A stretch of 62,720 nt of DNA, filler included, from Eubacteriales bacterium (lineage in GTDB: Bacteria > Bacillota > Clostridia > Oscillospirales > CAG-382), in assembly GCA_045636665.1 (NCBI GenBank). It is 5 parts of 5 records of this genome, joined end to end, with 100 filler letters (N's around TTAATTAATTAA, not from the genome) between each part and the next. Parts side by side here need not be neighbours in the genome. Positions count along the whole stretch, not along the records: positions 24,017 to 44,421 come from JAZTXY010000068.1; 4 more parts are not named here. The stretch is one strand, 5' to 3'. Position numbers and translations under genes: made by a program. The notes beneath the pieces are model-generated. The model saw nothing but the letters and a program-made list of their open reading frames with translations. It was not told the DNA's origin and did not search any database. This document shows, piece after piece, positions 32,180 to 42,343 of the stretch (its first letter is position 1; each line of letters starts with the position of its first letter).

Positions 32180-32464
32180 ATGGCGATTCAGAAAACGATG
32201 CGCGCGCTTGCCGATCCGATAAGACGCGAAATTCTTAATATGTTAAAATCGGGACGTATGTCGGCAGGCGATATTACCGAAAGGTTTGACGTTACGGGGG
32301 CTTCGGTCTCGCGCCATCTTTCGGTATTAAAGGAAGCCGACCTTATCCGCGACACGCGAGAGGGGAAGTTTATTTATTACGAATTGAACGCCTCGGTGCT
32401 TGAAGAAATTATGCTTTGGATAAGCGGCTTGAAGGGAGATAACGATAATGCTGAAGAAAAATAA
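32180..32464 (+). CDS. sdpR: ArsR/SmtB-family autorepressor, SdpR-like
   Basis: ALADPIRREIL, SVSRHLSVLKEADLI, REGKFIYYELN; precedes sdpI. Confidence 0.85.
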   Translation: MAIQKTMRALADPIRREILNMLKSGRMSAGDITERFDVTGASVSRHLSVLKEADLIRDTREGKFIYYELNASVLEEIMLWISGLKGDNDNAEEK

Positions 32465-33530
32465 GATTCAAATAATCATCGCGTCGGTCGTAAACTTTTT
32501 ACCGACACTGCTCGGCTTGATATTTTGGGATAAATTACCCGAAACCTTTCCCACCCATTGGGGTCTCGACGGAAAAGCCGACAGCTTCGGCGGGAAGGTG
32601 TTTTTCGTCTTTCTGATGCCGGCGATAATGTACGCGCTTTTTTGGATATGTCTTTTGCTTACCTCTAAGGATTCGGGCAACAAAAATCAGCACAATAAGG
32701 TTTTAAGTATGATGATTTGGATAATGCCCTTTATCTCGCTTTTCGTGGCGGGAATATCCTATTTCGGCGCAATCGGCAGATCGTTAGAGATGATCGCGTT
32801 TTTGCCCGCTGTTCTCGGCCTTTTGTTCGCCGTAATGGGCAATTATATGCCCAAATGCAAGCAAAACCGCACGATTGGCGTAAAAATAAAATGGACTCTC
32901 GAAAACGAGGAAAACTGGAACGCAACCCACCGCTTTGCGGGTAAGGCGCTCTTCTTCGGCGGACTTTTGATGATGCTTTGCTGCTTTTTGCCCGACTTTT
33001 GGGGCTTCGGCGTTGCATTGGCAATTGTTTTCGTAAGCTGTTTCTCGACCTTCCTTTACTCCTATGCATATTACAAAAAGCAGAAAAGGGAAGGCACCTA
33101 CGTTGTAAATTCCAAGATAAAGCCGATGAAAAAACCGGCAAAGATCGCAACCGCGGTCGCCGTTGTGTTGATACTCGTTTTGGTTGCGGTTTTAATGTTT
33201 ACGGGCGACGTTGAGGTTGTGATAAGTGATGAAACGCTGACGGTAGACAGTATATATCACAGCGAAACGTCGTTTGCGCTTAGCGACATCCAAACGTTTC
33301 AATACGTAGAAAGCTTTGACGGCGGTGTGCGCAACGTCGGCTTTTCCAGTGCCAAATTGGCGCTTGGTGACTATACAAACGATAAATACAGCTATTTAAG
33401 CTACCGCTACGTCGGTACCGATTCCTGTGTGGTGCTTTTCACAAAGCACGGCATAATCGCAATTAACCAATCTACCGAAGAAGCAACAAAAGCGCTTTAT
33501 GACGAATTGATGGCAAAAACCGTAAAATAA
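32448..33530 (+). CDS. sdpI: SdpI/DUF1648-family membrane immunity protein with an extra C-terminal PH-like domain
   Basis: LP..PTHWG..G.AD, GNYMPK...N..IG..WTL..W..THR motifs. Confidence 0.8.
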   Translation: MLKKNKIQIIIASVVNFLPTLLGLIFWDKLPETFPTHWGLDGKADSFGGKVFFVFLMPAIMYALFWICLLLTSKDSGNKNQHNKVLSMMIWIMPFISLFVAGISYFGAIGRSLEMIAFLPAVLGLLFAVMGNYMPKCKQNRTIGVKIKWTLENEENWNATHRFAGKALFFGGLLMMLCCFLPDFWGFGVALAIVFVSCFSTFLYSYAYYKKQKREGTYVVNSKIKPMKKPAKIATAVAVVLILVLVAVLMFTGDVEVVISDETLTVDSIYHSETSFALSDIQTFQYVESFDGGVRNVGFSSAKLALGDYTNDKYSYLSYRYVGTDSCVVLFTKHGIIAINQSTEEATKALYDELMAKTVK

Positions 33531-33566
33531 AACAAGCGTGGGGTGTAAAAACCTCACGCTTTTTAA

Positions 33567-34304
33567 TTAATCTTCAAGTAAGACGCTTATTGCCGAAAGG
33601 ACGTATCCGCTTGCGGTTTCGGTGCGGAGTATTCGTTTGCCGAGTCCTGCAAGGGCAATGCCGTTTTCCTTCGCAAGCGAAGTTTCCTTTTCGGAAAGTC
33701 CGCCCTCGGGGCCGATAAGAAAGCCGATTGTTTCGCACCTTTCCTTTAAAAGCTCGCGCACGGGAAGAGTGCCGTCTCCCTCATAGCAGATAAAGCCGAT
33801 ATTCTTGCTTGCGATTTCCTTTATCGCTTCGTTATAACTGATAATTCCGCGTATTTCGGGGATTATAGTTCTGCCGCATTGAGCCGACGCCGATTCGCTT
33901 ATTTTTTTAAGACGTTCGATGCGCTTTGCAAACGCTTTCGCATCGGGACGGGCAACGCAACGCTCGCTCATAACGGCGACAATTTCATAAGCACCCAATT
34001 CAACCGCCTTTTGAACGACAGTATCAAGCTTGTCGCCCTTGGGGAAGCATTGATAGACCGAAACGCGAAACGGCATTTCGGTGTCGTTATGCTCGGGCTC
34101 GCCAAGAAGTGCAAAAAGCCCGTCACGGGTGATTTCGGTAATCGTTGCGTTATAGGAATTACCGTGCATATCGCAAATATGAAGCGAATCGCCGATGTTT
34201 TTGCGAAGCACACGAACGACGTGGTTGGCGTCGCTTCCGCCGATAAACGCTTTTCCGTTTTCAATGCTGTCGCTTCCGATATATATTCGCGGTATGAATG
34301 CCAT
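33567..34304 (-). CDS. rsmE: 16S rRNA m3U1498 methyltransferase RsmE
   Basis: HVVRVLR, KAVELG, QCGR, IGPEGG, LGKRILRTETA. Confidence 0.95.
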   Translation of the reverse strand: MAFIPRIYIGSDSIENGKAFIGGSDANHVVRVLRKNIGDSLHICDMHGNSYNATITEITRDGLFALLGEPEHNDTEMPFRVSVYQCFPKGDKLDTVVQKAVELGAYEIVAVMSERCVARPDAKAFAKRIERLKKISESASAQCGRTIIPEIRGIISYNEAIKEIASKNIGFICYEGDGTLPVRELLKERCETIGFLIGPEGGLSEKETSLAKENGIALAGLGKRILRTETASGYVLSAISVLLED

Positions 34305-34475
34305 CAATAACAACTCCTCTTTAAAACTGTGGTTATTATATACCAAAAAGGATAATAAGTCAATCTTTGTCGATGCGTGTCGTACGAAAGTTTAAATAAC
34401 TATTGACTTTTTTGGGGGTTGGTTGTAGAATATAAACGCAAATAATGCAAATACTTATTGTGCCGGAGGTTTGTT

Positions 34476-34766
34476 ATGGCCGATAATTTTGACAAAGAAA
34501 ACATCTTTACTCTCACCGATGAGGAAGGAAACGAAAGCGAATTCGAGCTTTTGGGCGAGCTTAATATTGACGATAATACATATTTAGCTCTCATTCCGCT
34601 TGACGGCGATGAAGATGAATACGTTATTCTTAAGGTAGAGGTCGACGAAAACGGCGACGAGCTTTTGGTCACCATCGACGATGATGATGAATTCGATAAG
34701 GTTGCCGATGCTTTTGAAGATACCTTCATGGGCGAGATCGATCTTGACGGTTCTGTAGAAGAGTAA
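34476..34766 (+). CDS. DUF1292-family acidic protein
   Basis: TLTDEEGNE..FE, I.DDDEFDKV..F; GGAGG RBS; TTGACT-N17-TAGAAT promoter. Confidence 0.85.
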   Translation: MADNFDKENIFTLTDEEGNESEFELLGELNIDDNTYLALIPLDGDEDEYVILKVEVDENGDELLVTIDDDDEFDKVADAFEDTFMGEIDLDGSVEE

Positions 34767-34790
34767 GATTAAAAAACAGTATCTTTTTGA

Positions 34791-35017
34791 TACTCCAACC
34801 TGCGGGGTACGTGCGTCACGGGCATTCTTGCCCAACGGCCGACGCCTCGTGTAAAAACCCACAAGAAAGAAAGGGAGCTCATATTCCGCTGTGGTGAAGC
34901 AGGCCTCCCGCATGCATTCTGCGTGCGGACGTTGGAAGCACTAAAGCATCGGAGAGGGCACCCACCTGCACAAAGCAGGGTTTCATTCTCACGGGGGCAC
35001 GGCCCATGCGGGGGATA
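34791..35017 (+). ncRNA. ssrS: 6S RNA
   Basis: 5' CCTGCGGGGTACGTGC pairs with 3' GCACGGCCCATGCGGGG; Bacillota 6S-type GAGGGCACCCACCTG..CAGGGTT segment; terminator at ~35040-35067. Confidence 0.8.
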
Positions 35018-35076
35018 AAAAATCCGAATATTGTTTGAAGGAATCGGGTTTTTACCGATTCTTTTTTGGTGATATT

Positions 35077-36219
35077 ATGAATAAGGCTTTTGAATATATC
35101 GATAATAACGAAAAGAAGTTTCTTTCCTTTTGGGAGGATATTTGTAATTTAGAGGGCGTTGCCGAGGACAAGGCTTCGCTTGATAAGGTTGCCGATAAAA
35201 TACAAGAATTTGCAACCGAGCTCGGTCTTTTTGTAAACCGCATTCCTTTTGACAATTGCGGTGATTTTTTGGTTATCGATACAAAACAAAACGCAAGTAA
35301 GGGCGTTTGCTTCCTTGCGCATATGGATACCGTGCATAAAAACGGAGCTTTCGGATATCCGCCCGTTAAAAACGAGGGTGACCGATTGATAGGCCCCGGT
35401 GTTATCGACTGCAAGGGCGGTATTGCAATCGCTTTGCTTGCCATGAAGGCGCTTGAAGCAAACGGATACGAAAATAACTGCCGTTTGCTTTTAACCTCCG
35501 ACGAGGAAATAAGCAACCGTCTTGGCGGCGAAAAGGAAATGCAAATTATCCGCGATTCGGTTGCGGGCTACAAGGCGGCGTTCAATTGCGAGGTTGCAGG
35601 GGTTGACGAGGTCGTCGTTTCACGCAAGGGCATATTGCGCTATAAATTTGAAATTTCGGGAATAGCATCCCATGCAGGCATCGATTATTTTTCGGGCGCA
35701 AGCGCAGTGCGCGAGGCGGCGCACAAGATACTCGCGCTTGAGTCACTTAGCACCGACGGCGGCACGACCTTTAACTGCGGAATAATCAACGGCGGACAGT
35801 TGACGAATATCGTCCCCGAAAAATGCGAGATTTTTATCGACGTCCGCGTGAAGGACCGTGAATCGATGCAGGAAGCGATTCAAACGCTCGAAGCCGAAGC
35901 GGAAAAGGTATACGTTTCGGGCACGAAGACCAAGCTTTGCTTTATCAGCAAACGCGAGCCGATGCTCAAAAACGAGGACACCGAAAAGCTATTTTTGCAT
36001 CTTAAAAATATTTCCGACAAATATTCGCTCGGCAAGCTTATCCCCGTCGAAAGCGGCGGCGGAAGCGATTCGGCATACACCCAGCTTGCGGGAGTGCCCA
36101 GCGTTTGTGCAGTCGGCGCGACCGGCGATTTTTGCCACACCACGCGCGAATATGCAAACATTTCGTCGCTTACGACCCGCGCAAAGCTCCTCTCTGCCGC
36201 AACTCTCGAAATGGAATAG
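35077..36219 (+). CDS. M20-family metallopeptidase (glutamate carboxypeptidase-like)
   Basis: AHMDTV, GPGVIDCKGG, DEEI, HAG, GGGSD. Confidence 0.9.
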   Translation: MNKAFEYIDNNEKKFLSFWEDICNLEGVAEDKASLDKVADKIQEFATELGLFVNRIPFDNCGDFLVIDTKQNASKGVCFLAHMDTVHKNGAFGYPPVKNEGDRLIGPGVIDCKGGIAIALLAMKALEANGYENNCRLLLTSDEEISNRLGGEKEMQIIRDSVAGYKAAFNCEVAGVDEVVVSRKGILRYKFEISGIASHAGIDYFSGASAVREAAHKILALESLSTDGGTTFNCGIINGGQLTNIVPEKCEIFIDVRVKDRESMQEAIQTLEAEAEKVYVSGTKTKLCFISKREPMLKNEDTEKLFLHLKNISDKYSLGKLIPVESGGGSDSAYTQLAGVPSVCAVGATGDFCHTTREYANISSLTTRAKLLSAATLEME

Positions 36220-36261
36220 AAAAGAAAATCAGGTGAGAAATAATTCCCACCTGATTATTTT

Positions 36262-37803
36262 TTATTTGTATGAAATTTTGACGTGCTCTTCTCCGAACTC
36301 GTTTGCTATTTCAAGCTTGTGCGTTTCGATAAAAATCGTATAGAGCTGATCCTTCTTCTTTCCGAGCGATTCTTGCTTGAAAATTACCTCAACCTCGGTT
36401 TCGTCAAATATGATCGATGCCACTTCGGGTAATACCTCGCTGTCCGCTTCGATATGTACCATTATAATACTGTTTTTATAAAACCAAGGGCCGTCGTAGC
36501 TCCAATATACTTCGTCAAACGAGGGAATATCGGGTGTTCCTCTTTGGGTGTCAAACAAGTCATTGTTTTGGACCGTAGTGTGGTATTGCATAAACTCCAC
36601 CGAGTCGGTTATGAGCATTGCACAAGGGTATTCTTTGGGCGCCAGTTTATCGGTGTATACCGCAATATCTCTAAAATAGGGAGCGGTTTGCTGGACGTCC
36701 TTTCGTTTGTAGCTTCTGTAGTACGGGAAATCAAAATTCGGGAAATCTTTTGGGGCAATATATCCGTTTTGGAGCGCTTCGGTCAAATGCATTTCGGTTC
36801 CGTCATCCAAAATGGCGTAAATGTACCAGCTCATAAGTGCGGGGAATTTGTACTCGAATTTTTCGTCGCTATAAAAGGTTTGCTCTGCCCACGCCAACAC
36901 TTTTCCTGCACTTCTGTCTTCAATGGCAACCACTCGGCACGGGAGGGAGCTTTCCATTTCGGCGGTGGGGAAGATCTTGGTGGATTGTTCGTAACTTTTG
37001 GATTTGAAGTAGATATATGCACCGTTTTTATTGCAAAAACTGAACAATTCAGAAAATTCATCTTCAATGACGGTGCTGTTCATTGCGCTTCCGTATCCGA
37101 CCACATTTAGAATGTAGTCTCTGTTGGTGCTTTCGGAATAGTTGGGGATATAGAACGTAGTCCAGGGAAGCATAGTGCTGTTGATCATCGGCTCTTCACC
37201 GACAGAGCGCATTGCTTCTTCTCCCGTGAAGAATGCCTTGGGCGACGACAATGCTTTCAAACGATAAAGAATGATTTCATAGATAGCATCTATGTCATCC
37301 CATTCAAAAGACGTAGTTACATCCGGTTTTGTTTTTATTATCTTATCTTTCACAAATGGAAAACGCTCCGCAACCCGAAGGTTAGACGATAATGAGGCAA
37401 AACCGGTAAGCACTACTTCATCGTACTGTTCGTAGATTCGGATTGAATCCTGAATGATGAAATATATCTCTTCTGTAGGGAGGGAATGGATAACTTCTTT
37501 TTCGTAGTTGCTTCGCCAGTAATCTTTGAGATATTCCTCGGTAATGACCGTTATAGATCTGCCGTCCTCGCTTATTTCGGACATATCGGAAAACTTTTTC
37601 TGCATGTCGTTTTGTGCGACGGGCGGTTCCTTCGTTATATCCTCGGGCTTGCTTTCGGCAACGGTTTCCGAAACGATATCCATATCGTAATCCTTCGGCT
37701 CGCTGTCGTTTTGGGATAATGCGTGCATACAGCCTGCGAGAATGAGCATCGACACAAGCAAAATCGATACGACCGTTGTTAAAAATTTAAATTCCTTTTT
37801 CAC
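36262..37803 (-). CDS. Hypothetical lipoprotein
   Basis: Lipobox LAGC; GTG start at 37803 with AAGGAAGG RBS. Confidence 0.75.
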   Translation of the reverse strand: MKKEFKFLTTVVSILLVSMLILAGCMHALSQNDSEPKDYDMDIVSETVAESKPEDITKEPPVAQNDMQKKFSDMSEISEDGRSITVITEEYLKDYWRSNYEKEVIHSLPTEEIYFIIQDSIRIYEQYDEVVLTGFASLSSNLRVAERFPFVKDKIIKTKPDVTTSFEWDDIDAIYEIILYRLKALSSPKAFFTGEEAMRSVGEEPMINSTMLPWTTFYIPNYSESTNRDYILNVVGYGSAMNSTVIEDEFSELFSFCNKNGAYIYFKSKSYEQSTKIFPTAEMESSLPCRVVAIEDRSAGKVLAWAEQTFYSDEKFEYKFPALMSWYIYAILDDGTEMHLTEALQNGYIAPKDFPNFDFPYYRSYKRKDVQQTAPYFRDIAVYTDKLAPKEYPCAMLITDSVEFMQYHTTVQNNDLFDTQRGTPDIPSFDEVYWSYDGPWFYKNSIIMVHIEADSEVLPEVASIIFDETEVEVIFKQESLGKKKDQLYTIFIETHKLEIANEFGEEHVKISYK

Positions 37804-37872
37804 TGTTAACACCTTCCTTTCTAAGGTTACGTTTAAAGTATAAGGTGTGTTTGTCGCCGTCTTTTATCCGAC

Positions 37873-39234
37873 TTATTGCCGAGTTGTAAAATCGATTATA
37901 ACCTTCGTGCCTTTACCCAAAGCCGATTCGAAATTTATGGAAGCGTTATGCGAGTCGGCTATCTGCTTGCAAAGTGCAAGCCCCAGCCCTGCGCCGCCTT
38001 CTGCGCGTGAGCGCGATTTGTCGGTACGGTAAAAAGGCTCGGTAATATGCAAAAGCTGTTCCTCGGTCATGCCCTTGCCGTTGTCCTCGATAATCGCTTT
38101 TCCGTCACGGCAGGACAAAATGACACTTCCGCCGCTTAATACTGCCTTTATCGCATTTTCGGTGAGGTTGTAAAAGAGCATCGAAAGCAATATTTCGTTA
38201 CCCGAAACAATAGTTTTTTCGGTGTCCAGAATAATTTCAGCTTCGTGATCCTTTGCCTTGAATTTCAGCTTTTCGGAAACGTCCGAAAGTATTAATGCAA
38301 TATCGGTTTCGTCCTTTTTTAATTCGTTTCCGCGAATGTACGCGCTGTCAAGCAAAATTTCGGAAATTTTTTGAAGCCTTTCGGATTCCGACATAATATA
38401 TTTAGCGGCGATGATTCGTTTTTCCTCGGTGGTTGCCGCCTTTTCCAAAAATTCGGCATAGCCGTGAATGCTTGTAAGCGGTGTGCGAAGCTCGTGCGCC
38501 ATATTGTCAACAAGCATTTGCTTGCGCTTTGCGTCATGCTCAAGCGTTTCGAACTGCTCGTTTATCTTGTCAAGCATCGCGTTGAAGCTTCTTGCAAGAA
38601 GCGTAAATTCATCGTTGCCTTGCTCGATCGCTCTTACCGAAAAATCGCCCGATTCAATGGTTTCGGTGGTTTTGCGGAGCCGCTCCAACGGGGTTGAAAG
38701 CTTTTTAAGAATGAAATAAAGGCAAACCGCCAAAACGGTCGAAACACCTAATGCCGTAGCAACGTAGGTTATCATAAGCGATTTGAATTCGTCATCGACC
38801 GATGAGATATTTTTGCCGAAAACAAGCTCGTATTCACCGTTGCAAACCGAAGCGGAAATGATGATATGGCGCTCGCCGTTTATATCGGTGTGCAAAAGCG
38901 AATCGGTCGGCGATTCGATATTTTCGGTATAATTTTTATACAAGGTGCTTCCGTTTTTATTAAAGGAAAGCATTATACCCTTGCTTTTGTAATGCGAGCC
39001 GAAGGTCTGCATCAAAAGCGTAGGACTTGCATTTTCGTTCATTTCCATCAGGTCGCTGTAATCGCGCTCGAAGGACATCGCAACGTAATATTGCTCTGCC
39101 GAGGCGGTCGCCTCTGCCGCAGATACGTTTTTGCTGTGGGTATATACCGTCAGCGAAAGAATACCGATATTTATACAGAACAAAAACAGAATAAGCGTGA
39201 AGATATAGGTCTTCTGCCAAAATCTCATTTTCAT
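37873..39234 (-). CDS. HAMP-domain sensor histidine kinase
   Basis: 2 TM, HAMP, HELRTPL, NLTENA, DNGKG, GLGL. Confidence 0.95.
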   Translation of the reverse strand: MKMRFWQKTYIFTLILFLFCINIGILSLTVYTHSKNVSAAEATASAEQYYVAMSFERDYSDLMEMNENASPTLLMQTFGSHYKSKGIMLSFNKNGSTLYKNYTENIESPTDSLLHTDINGERHIIISASVCNGEYELVFGKNISSVDDEFKSLMITYVATALGVSTVLAVCLYFILKKLSTPLERLRKTTETIESGDFSVRAIEQGNDEFTLLARSFNAMLDKINEQFETLEHDAKRKQMLVDNMAHELRTPLTSIHGYAEFLEKAATTEEKRIIAAKYIMSESERLQKISEILLDSAYIRGNELKKDETDIALILSDVSEKLKFKAKDHEAEIILDTEKTIVSGNEILLSMLFYNLTENAIKAVLSGGSVILSCRDGKAIIEDNGKGMTEEQLLHITEPFYRTDKSRSRAEGGAGLGLALCKQIADSHNASINFESALGKGTKVIIDFTTRQ

Positions 39235-39878
39235 ATTTCAAGTCTGTAGCCGGTTTTGTAAACCGTTTGCAAGCGGTTCGAAATGCCTAACTTTTGACGC
39301 AGTCTTTGAACGTGCACGTCGACGGTACGGCTGTCTCCTTCATAGTCAAATTCCCACACGAGATATAAAAGCTTTTCGCGTGTGAGCGCAAGATTTCGGT
39401 TGTTGATAAACGCCTCCAAAAGGTCGAATTCCTTTGGCTTGAGCATTATCTCTTTGCCGTTTTTGAAAACGCGGCGGTTGTCGAACATAACCTTGATATC
39501 GTCAAACTCAAAAACGGTCGCCTCGCCCTTTGTTCTGCGAAGCACTGCTTTGACTCGCTCGACAAGCTCGATAATGTCAAACGGCTTGGTGATGTAATCG
39601 TCTGCGCCCTTTCGAAGTCCGTTTATTTTGTCGTTTGCCGTTGCCTTTGCGGTGACGAAAATAACGGGTGTGCCCTTTATATAATCGATAATATCAAAGC
39701 CCGAAAGCTCGGGAAGCATTACGTCGAGTATCAGCAGGTCGTATTTATTCGCCAACGCCTCGCCAAGACCGCTTTTTCCGTTAAATTCCTGAAAGCATTC
39801 GTGTCCGACAAGCTCAAGATTGAATTTTATCAAATCGCTTATTGCTTTTTCATCTTCAACGATAAGTATTTTTGCCAT
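39231..39878 (-). CDS. OmpR-family response regulator
   Basis: VEDE, LDVMLP, GADDYITKPF, RTVDVHVQRLRQK. Confidence 0.95.
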   Translation of the reverse strand: MAKILIVEDEKAISDLIKFNLELVGHECFQEFNGKSGLGEALANKYDLLILDVMLPELSGFDIIDYIKGTPVIFVTAKATANDKINGLRKGADDYITKPFDIIELVERVKAVLRRTKGEATVFEFDDIKVMFDNRRVFKNGKEIMLKPKEFDLLEAFINNRNLALTREKLLYLVWEFDYEGDSRTVDVHVQRLRQKLGISNRLQTVYKTGYRLEI

Positions 39879-39972
39879 TTGCGAGCATCCCCTTTCAATA
39901 TCTTTATACTATCGAATTGTTGCCAAGTTGTATACAAAAACGACCGTCTTTACATAAAAACGGTCGTAATGA

Positions 39973-40551
39973 TTATTCGGGCATCATTTCGGTATAGTCA
40001 TAAATATAATCAACGCAAAGCTCGGTTATTTTTTCCTTGTTCTCGGCATTTGCTTCGTCGAAAATGCCGACAACGTCATAACCTGCATTCACTGCGGTGA
40101 TAAGGGCATAATAATTGTCTTCGAATACCAAAACATCTTCCTTGGTGCAGCCGAATTTTTCGGTCGCAAGGTCGTAAATAGCGGGTGAACGGCGTTTTGA
40201 CGTGCCGACAGCGGTGCAATCGAGCGCAAATTCAAAATAATTCAAAAAATCGGGGAATCGCTCGAAAAAGTGCTTCGACAAAACGTTTGGAGTGTCGGTT
40301 GCGAGGCACATTCTTATTCCGTTTTCCTTAAGATAGTCCAAAAAATCAATAGCGGTGGGCTTGAAATCGATAACGGTGGCATATTTTGCCGCCATATAAT
40401 CGCCGTGGGAGGCATATTGCGACTTATCCTCGCCCGTAAGCGACCACCAATACTGCATCGAATCGACAAGCGTTCCGTCCATATCGAAAATGAACGCTTT
40501 TTTGCTTTTTATATACTCTTTATTTTGGTTAAGAATTTCGTAAGGATTCAC
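39973..40551 (-). CDS. HAD-family phosphatase
   Basis: FDMDGTL motif I, K..P, FEDN motif; GTG start with GAGGT. Confidence 0.88.
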   Translation of the reverse strand: MNPYEILNQNKEYIKSKKAFIFDMDGTLVDSMQYWWSLTGEDKSQYASHGDYMAAKYATVIDFKPTAIDFLDYLKENGIRMCLATDTPNVLSKHFFERFPDFLNYFEFALDCTAVGTSKRRSPAIYDLATEKFGCTKEDVLVFEDNYYALITAVNAGYDVVGIFDEANAENKEKITELCVDYIYDYTEMMPE

Positions 40552-40653
40552 TTTTTTACCTCGCGGAGCATTTAATATATCATATATTATCATATATGTG
40601 CAAAATATTCAATAATAAACAATAAAAATAAAGCGAAAAATGCGAAATAATAC

Positions 40654-40682
40654 TTGAAATGAGCAAAACAGGGTGATATAAT
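40654..40682 (+). promoter_or_regulatory. SigA promoter of asnS
   Basis: TTGAAA-N17-(TG)TATAAT. Confidence 0.75.
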
Positions 40683-40715
40683 AATAAGAACTAATTTTCG
40701 GAGGTATATCGACTT

Positions 40716-42122
40716 ATGGCGATAAAAGAAACCTTAACACGAGTTTGTGATATTTTTTCGGATCCGCAAAGCTTTGGCGGAAAGACCGTGCGTCTCGGCG
40801 GTTGGATAAAAACGATCCGTTCATCCAATGCTTTTGGATTTATCGAGCTTAACGACGGTACTTGCTTTAAGAATATCCAAATCGTTTTCGAAAGCGAAAT
40901 TATTGATAACTACAAGGAAATTTCCAAGCTAAATATACCTGCATCCATCATCGCGGAAGGCGTGCTTGAGCTTACCCCCGGTGCAAAGCAACCCTTTGAG
41001 CTTAAGGCAAAGGCTATTGAGGTAACCGGCGAATCTACTCCCGATTATCCCATCCAGCCCAAACGCCACTCTTTTGAATTTTTGCGTTCGGTGGCGCATC
41101 TCCGTCCCCGCGCAAATACCTTTAACGCGGTATTCCGCGTACGCTCGGTTGCGGCACAAGGTATTCACCGCTTCTTTGCGGATAAGGGCTTCGTTTATGT
41201 AAACACCCCCATTATCACCGCGAGCGACTGTGAGGGTGCAGGCGAAATGTTCAAGGTAACCACCTTGGATATGGATAATCCTCCCCGCAACGATAAGGGC
41301 GAAATCGATTATTCCAAGGACTTCTTCGGCAAGGCGGCAAACCTTACCGTTTCGGGTCAGCTTGAAGCAGAATGCTTTGCGCTTGCTTATGCAAACGTTT
41401 ACACCTTCGGCCCTACCTTCCGTGCCGAAAATTCCAACACCGCGCGTCACGCGGCGGAATTCTGGATGATCGAGCCCGAAATCGCGTTTGCCGATCTCGA
41501 GGACTATATGACTCTTGCTGAGGAAATGACGAAATACGTCATCAGATACGTGCTTGAAAGATGCCCTGCAGAAATGGATTTCTTTAACAAATTCATCGAT
41601 AAGGGTCTTCTTGACCGCTTGAATGCGCTCGTTAACAGCGATTTTGTCCGCGTAAGCTATACCGAAGCGGTTGAAATTCTCAAAAACAGCGGCGTTAAAT
41701 TCGATTATCCCGTTGAATGGGGCTGTGACCTTCAAACCGAGCACGAACGCTATCTTACCGAAACCGTTTTCGGCAAGCCCACCTTCGTAACCGACTATCC
41801 CAAGGAAATCAAAGCGTTCTATATGCGCCTTAACGACGACGGCAAAACCGTTGCGGCGGCGGATATGCTTGTTCCCGGTGTCGGTGAGCTTATCGGCGGC
41901 TCGCAAAGAGAAGAACGTCTTGACCTTCTCGAAGCGCGTCTTGCAGAGCTCGGACTCAACAAGGAGGATTATTGGTGGTATCTTGACCTTCGCCGTTACG
42001 GCGGTGTAAAGCACGCCGGCTATGGCTTGGGCTTTGGACGTCTTATTATGTATATCACCGGCATCACCAACATCCGCGACGTTGAACCCTTCCACAGAAC
42101 AACTGGCAGCGCAGAGTTTTAA
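40716..42122 (+). CDS. asnS: Asparagine--tRNA ligase
   Basis: [38 protein letters not shown]. Confidence 0.97.
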   Translation: MAIKETLTRVCDIFSDPQSFGGKTVRLGGWIKTIRSSNAFGFIELNDGTCFKNIQIVFESEIIDNYKEISKLNIPASIIAEGVLELTPGAKQPFELKAKAIEVTGESTPDYPIQPKRHSFEFLRSVAHLRPRANTFNAVFRVRSVAAQGIHRFFADKGFVYVNTPIITASDCEGAGEMFKVTTLDMDNPPRNDKGEIDYSKDFFGKAANLTVSGQLEAECFALAYANVYTFGPTFRAENSNTARHAAEFWMIEPEIAFADLEDYMTLAEEMTKYVIRYVLERCPAEMDFFNKFIDKGLLDRLNALVNSDFVRVSYTEAVEILKNSGVKFDYPVEWGCDLQTEHERYLTETVFGKPTFVTDYPKEIKAFYMRLNDDGKTVAAADMLVPGVGELIGGSQREERLDLLEARLAELGLNKEDYWWYLDLRRYGGVKHAGYGLGFGRLIMYITGITNIRDVEPFHRTTGSAEF

Positions 42123-42343
42123 ACGCTTCGCTTTCGACACAAAACGCGAGCGTTTTGGTCGGTTCTAGTGAGCATCGTTTGCTCGCGCCAACCTTGTGCG
42201 CGCCTTCGGCTTGTCCAAGGTTGCGATGCTCTAAGGTATAAAAATCCACGCGCATGTCGCGGATTTTTATGGAAATTTTATTGAATATTTAAATTGCGGA
42301 GAAGCCGCAATATCGTAATAACCTTATAAAGAGGTATCCTAAC

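Noticed and set aside
34584..34913. 109-aa minus-strand ORF
   Set aside because: Overlaps the DUF1292 gene and the 6S RNA; non-protein-like composition
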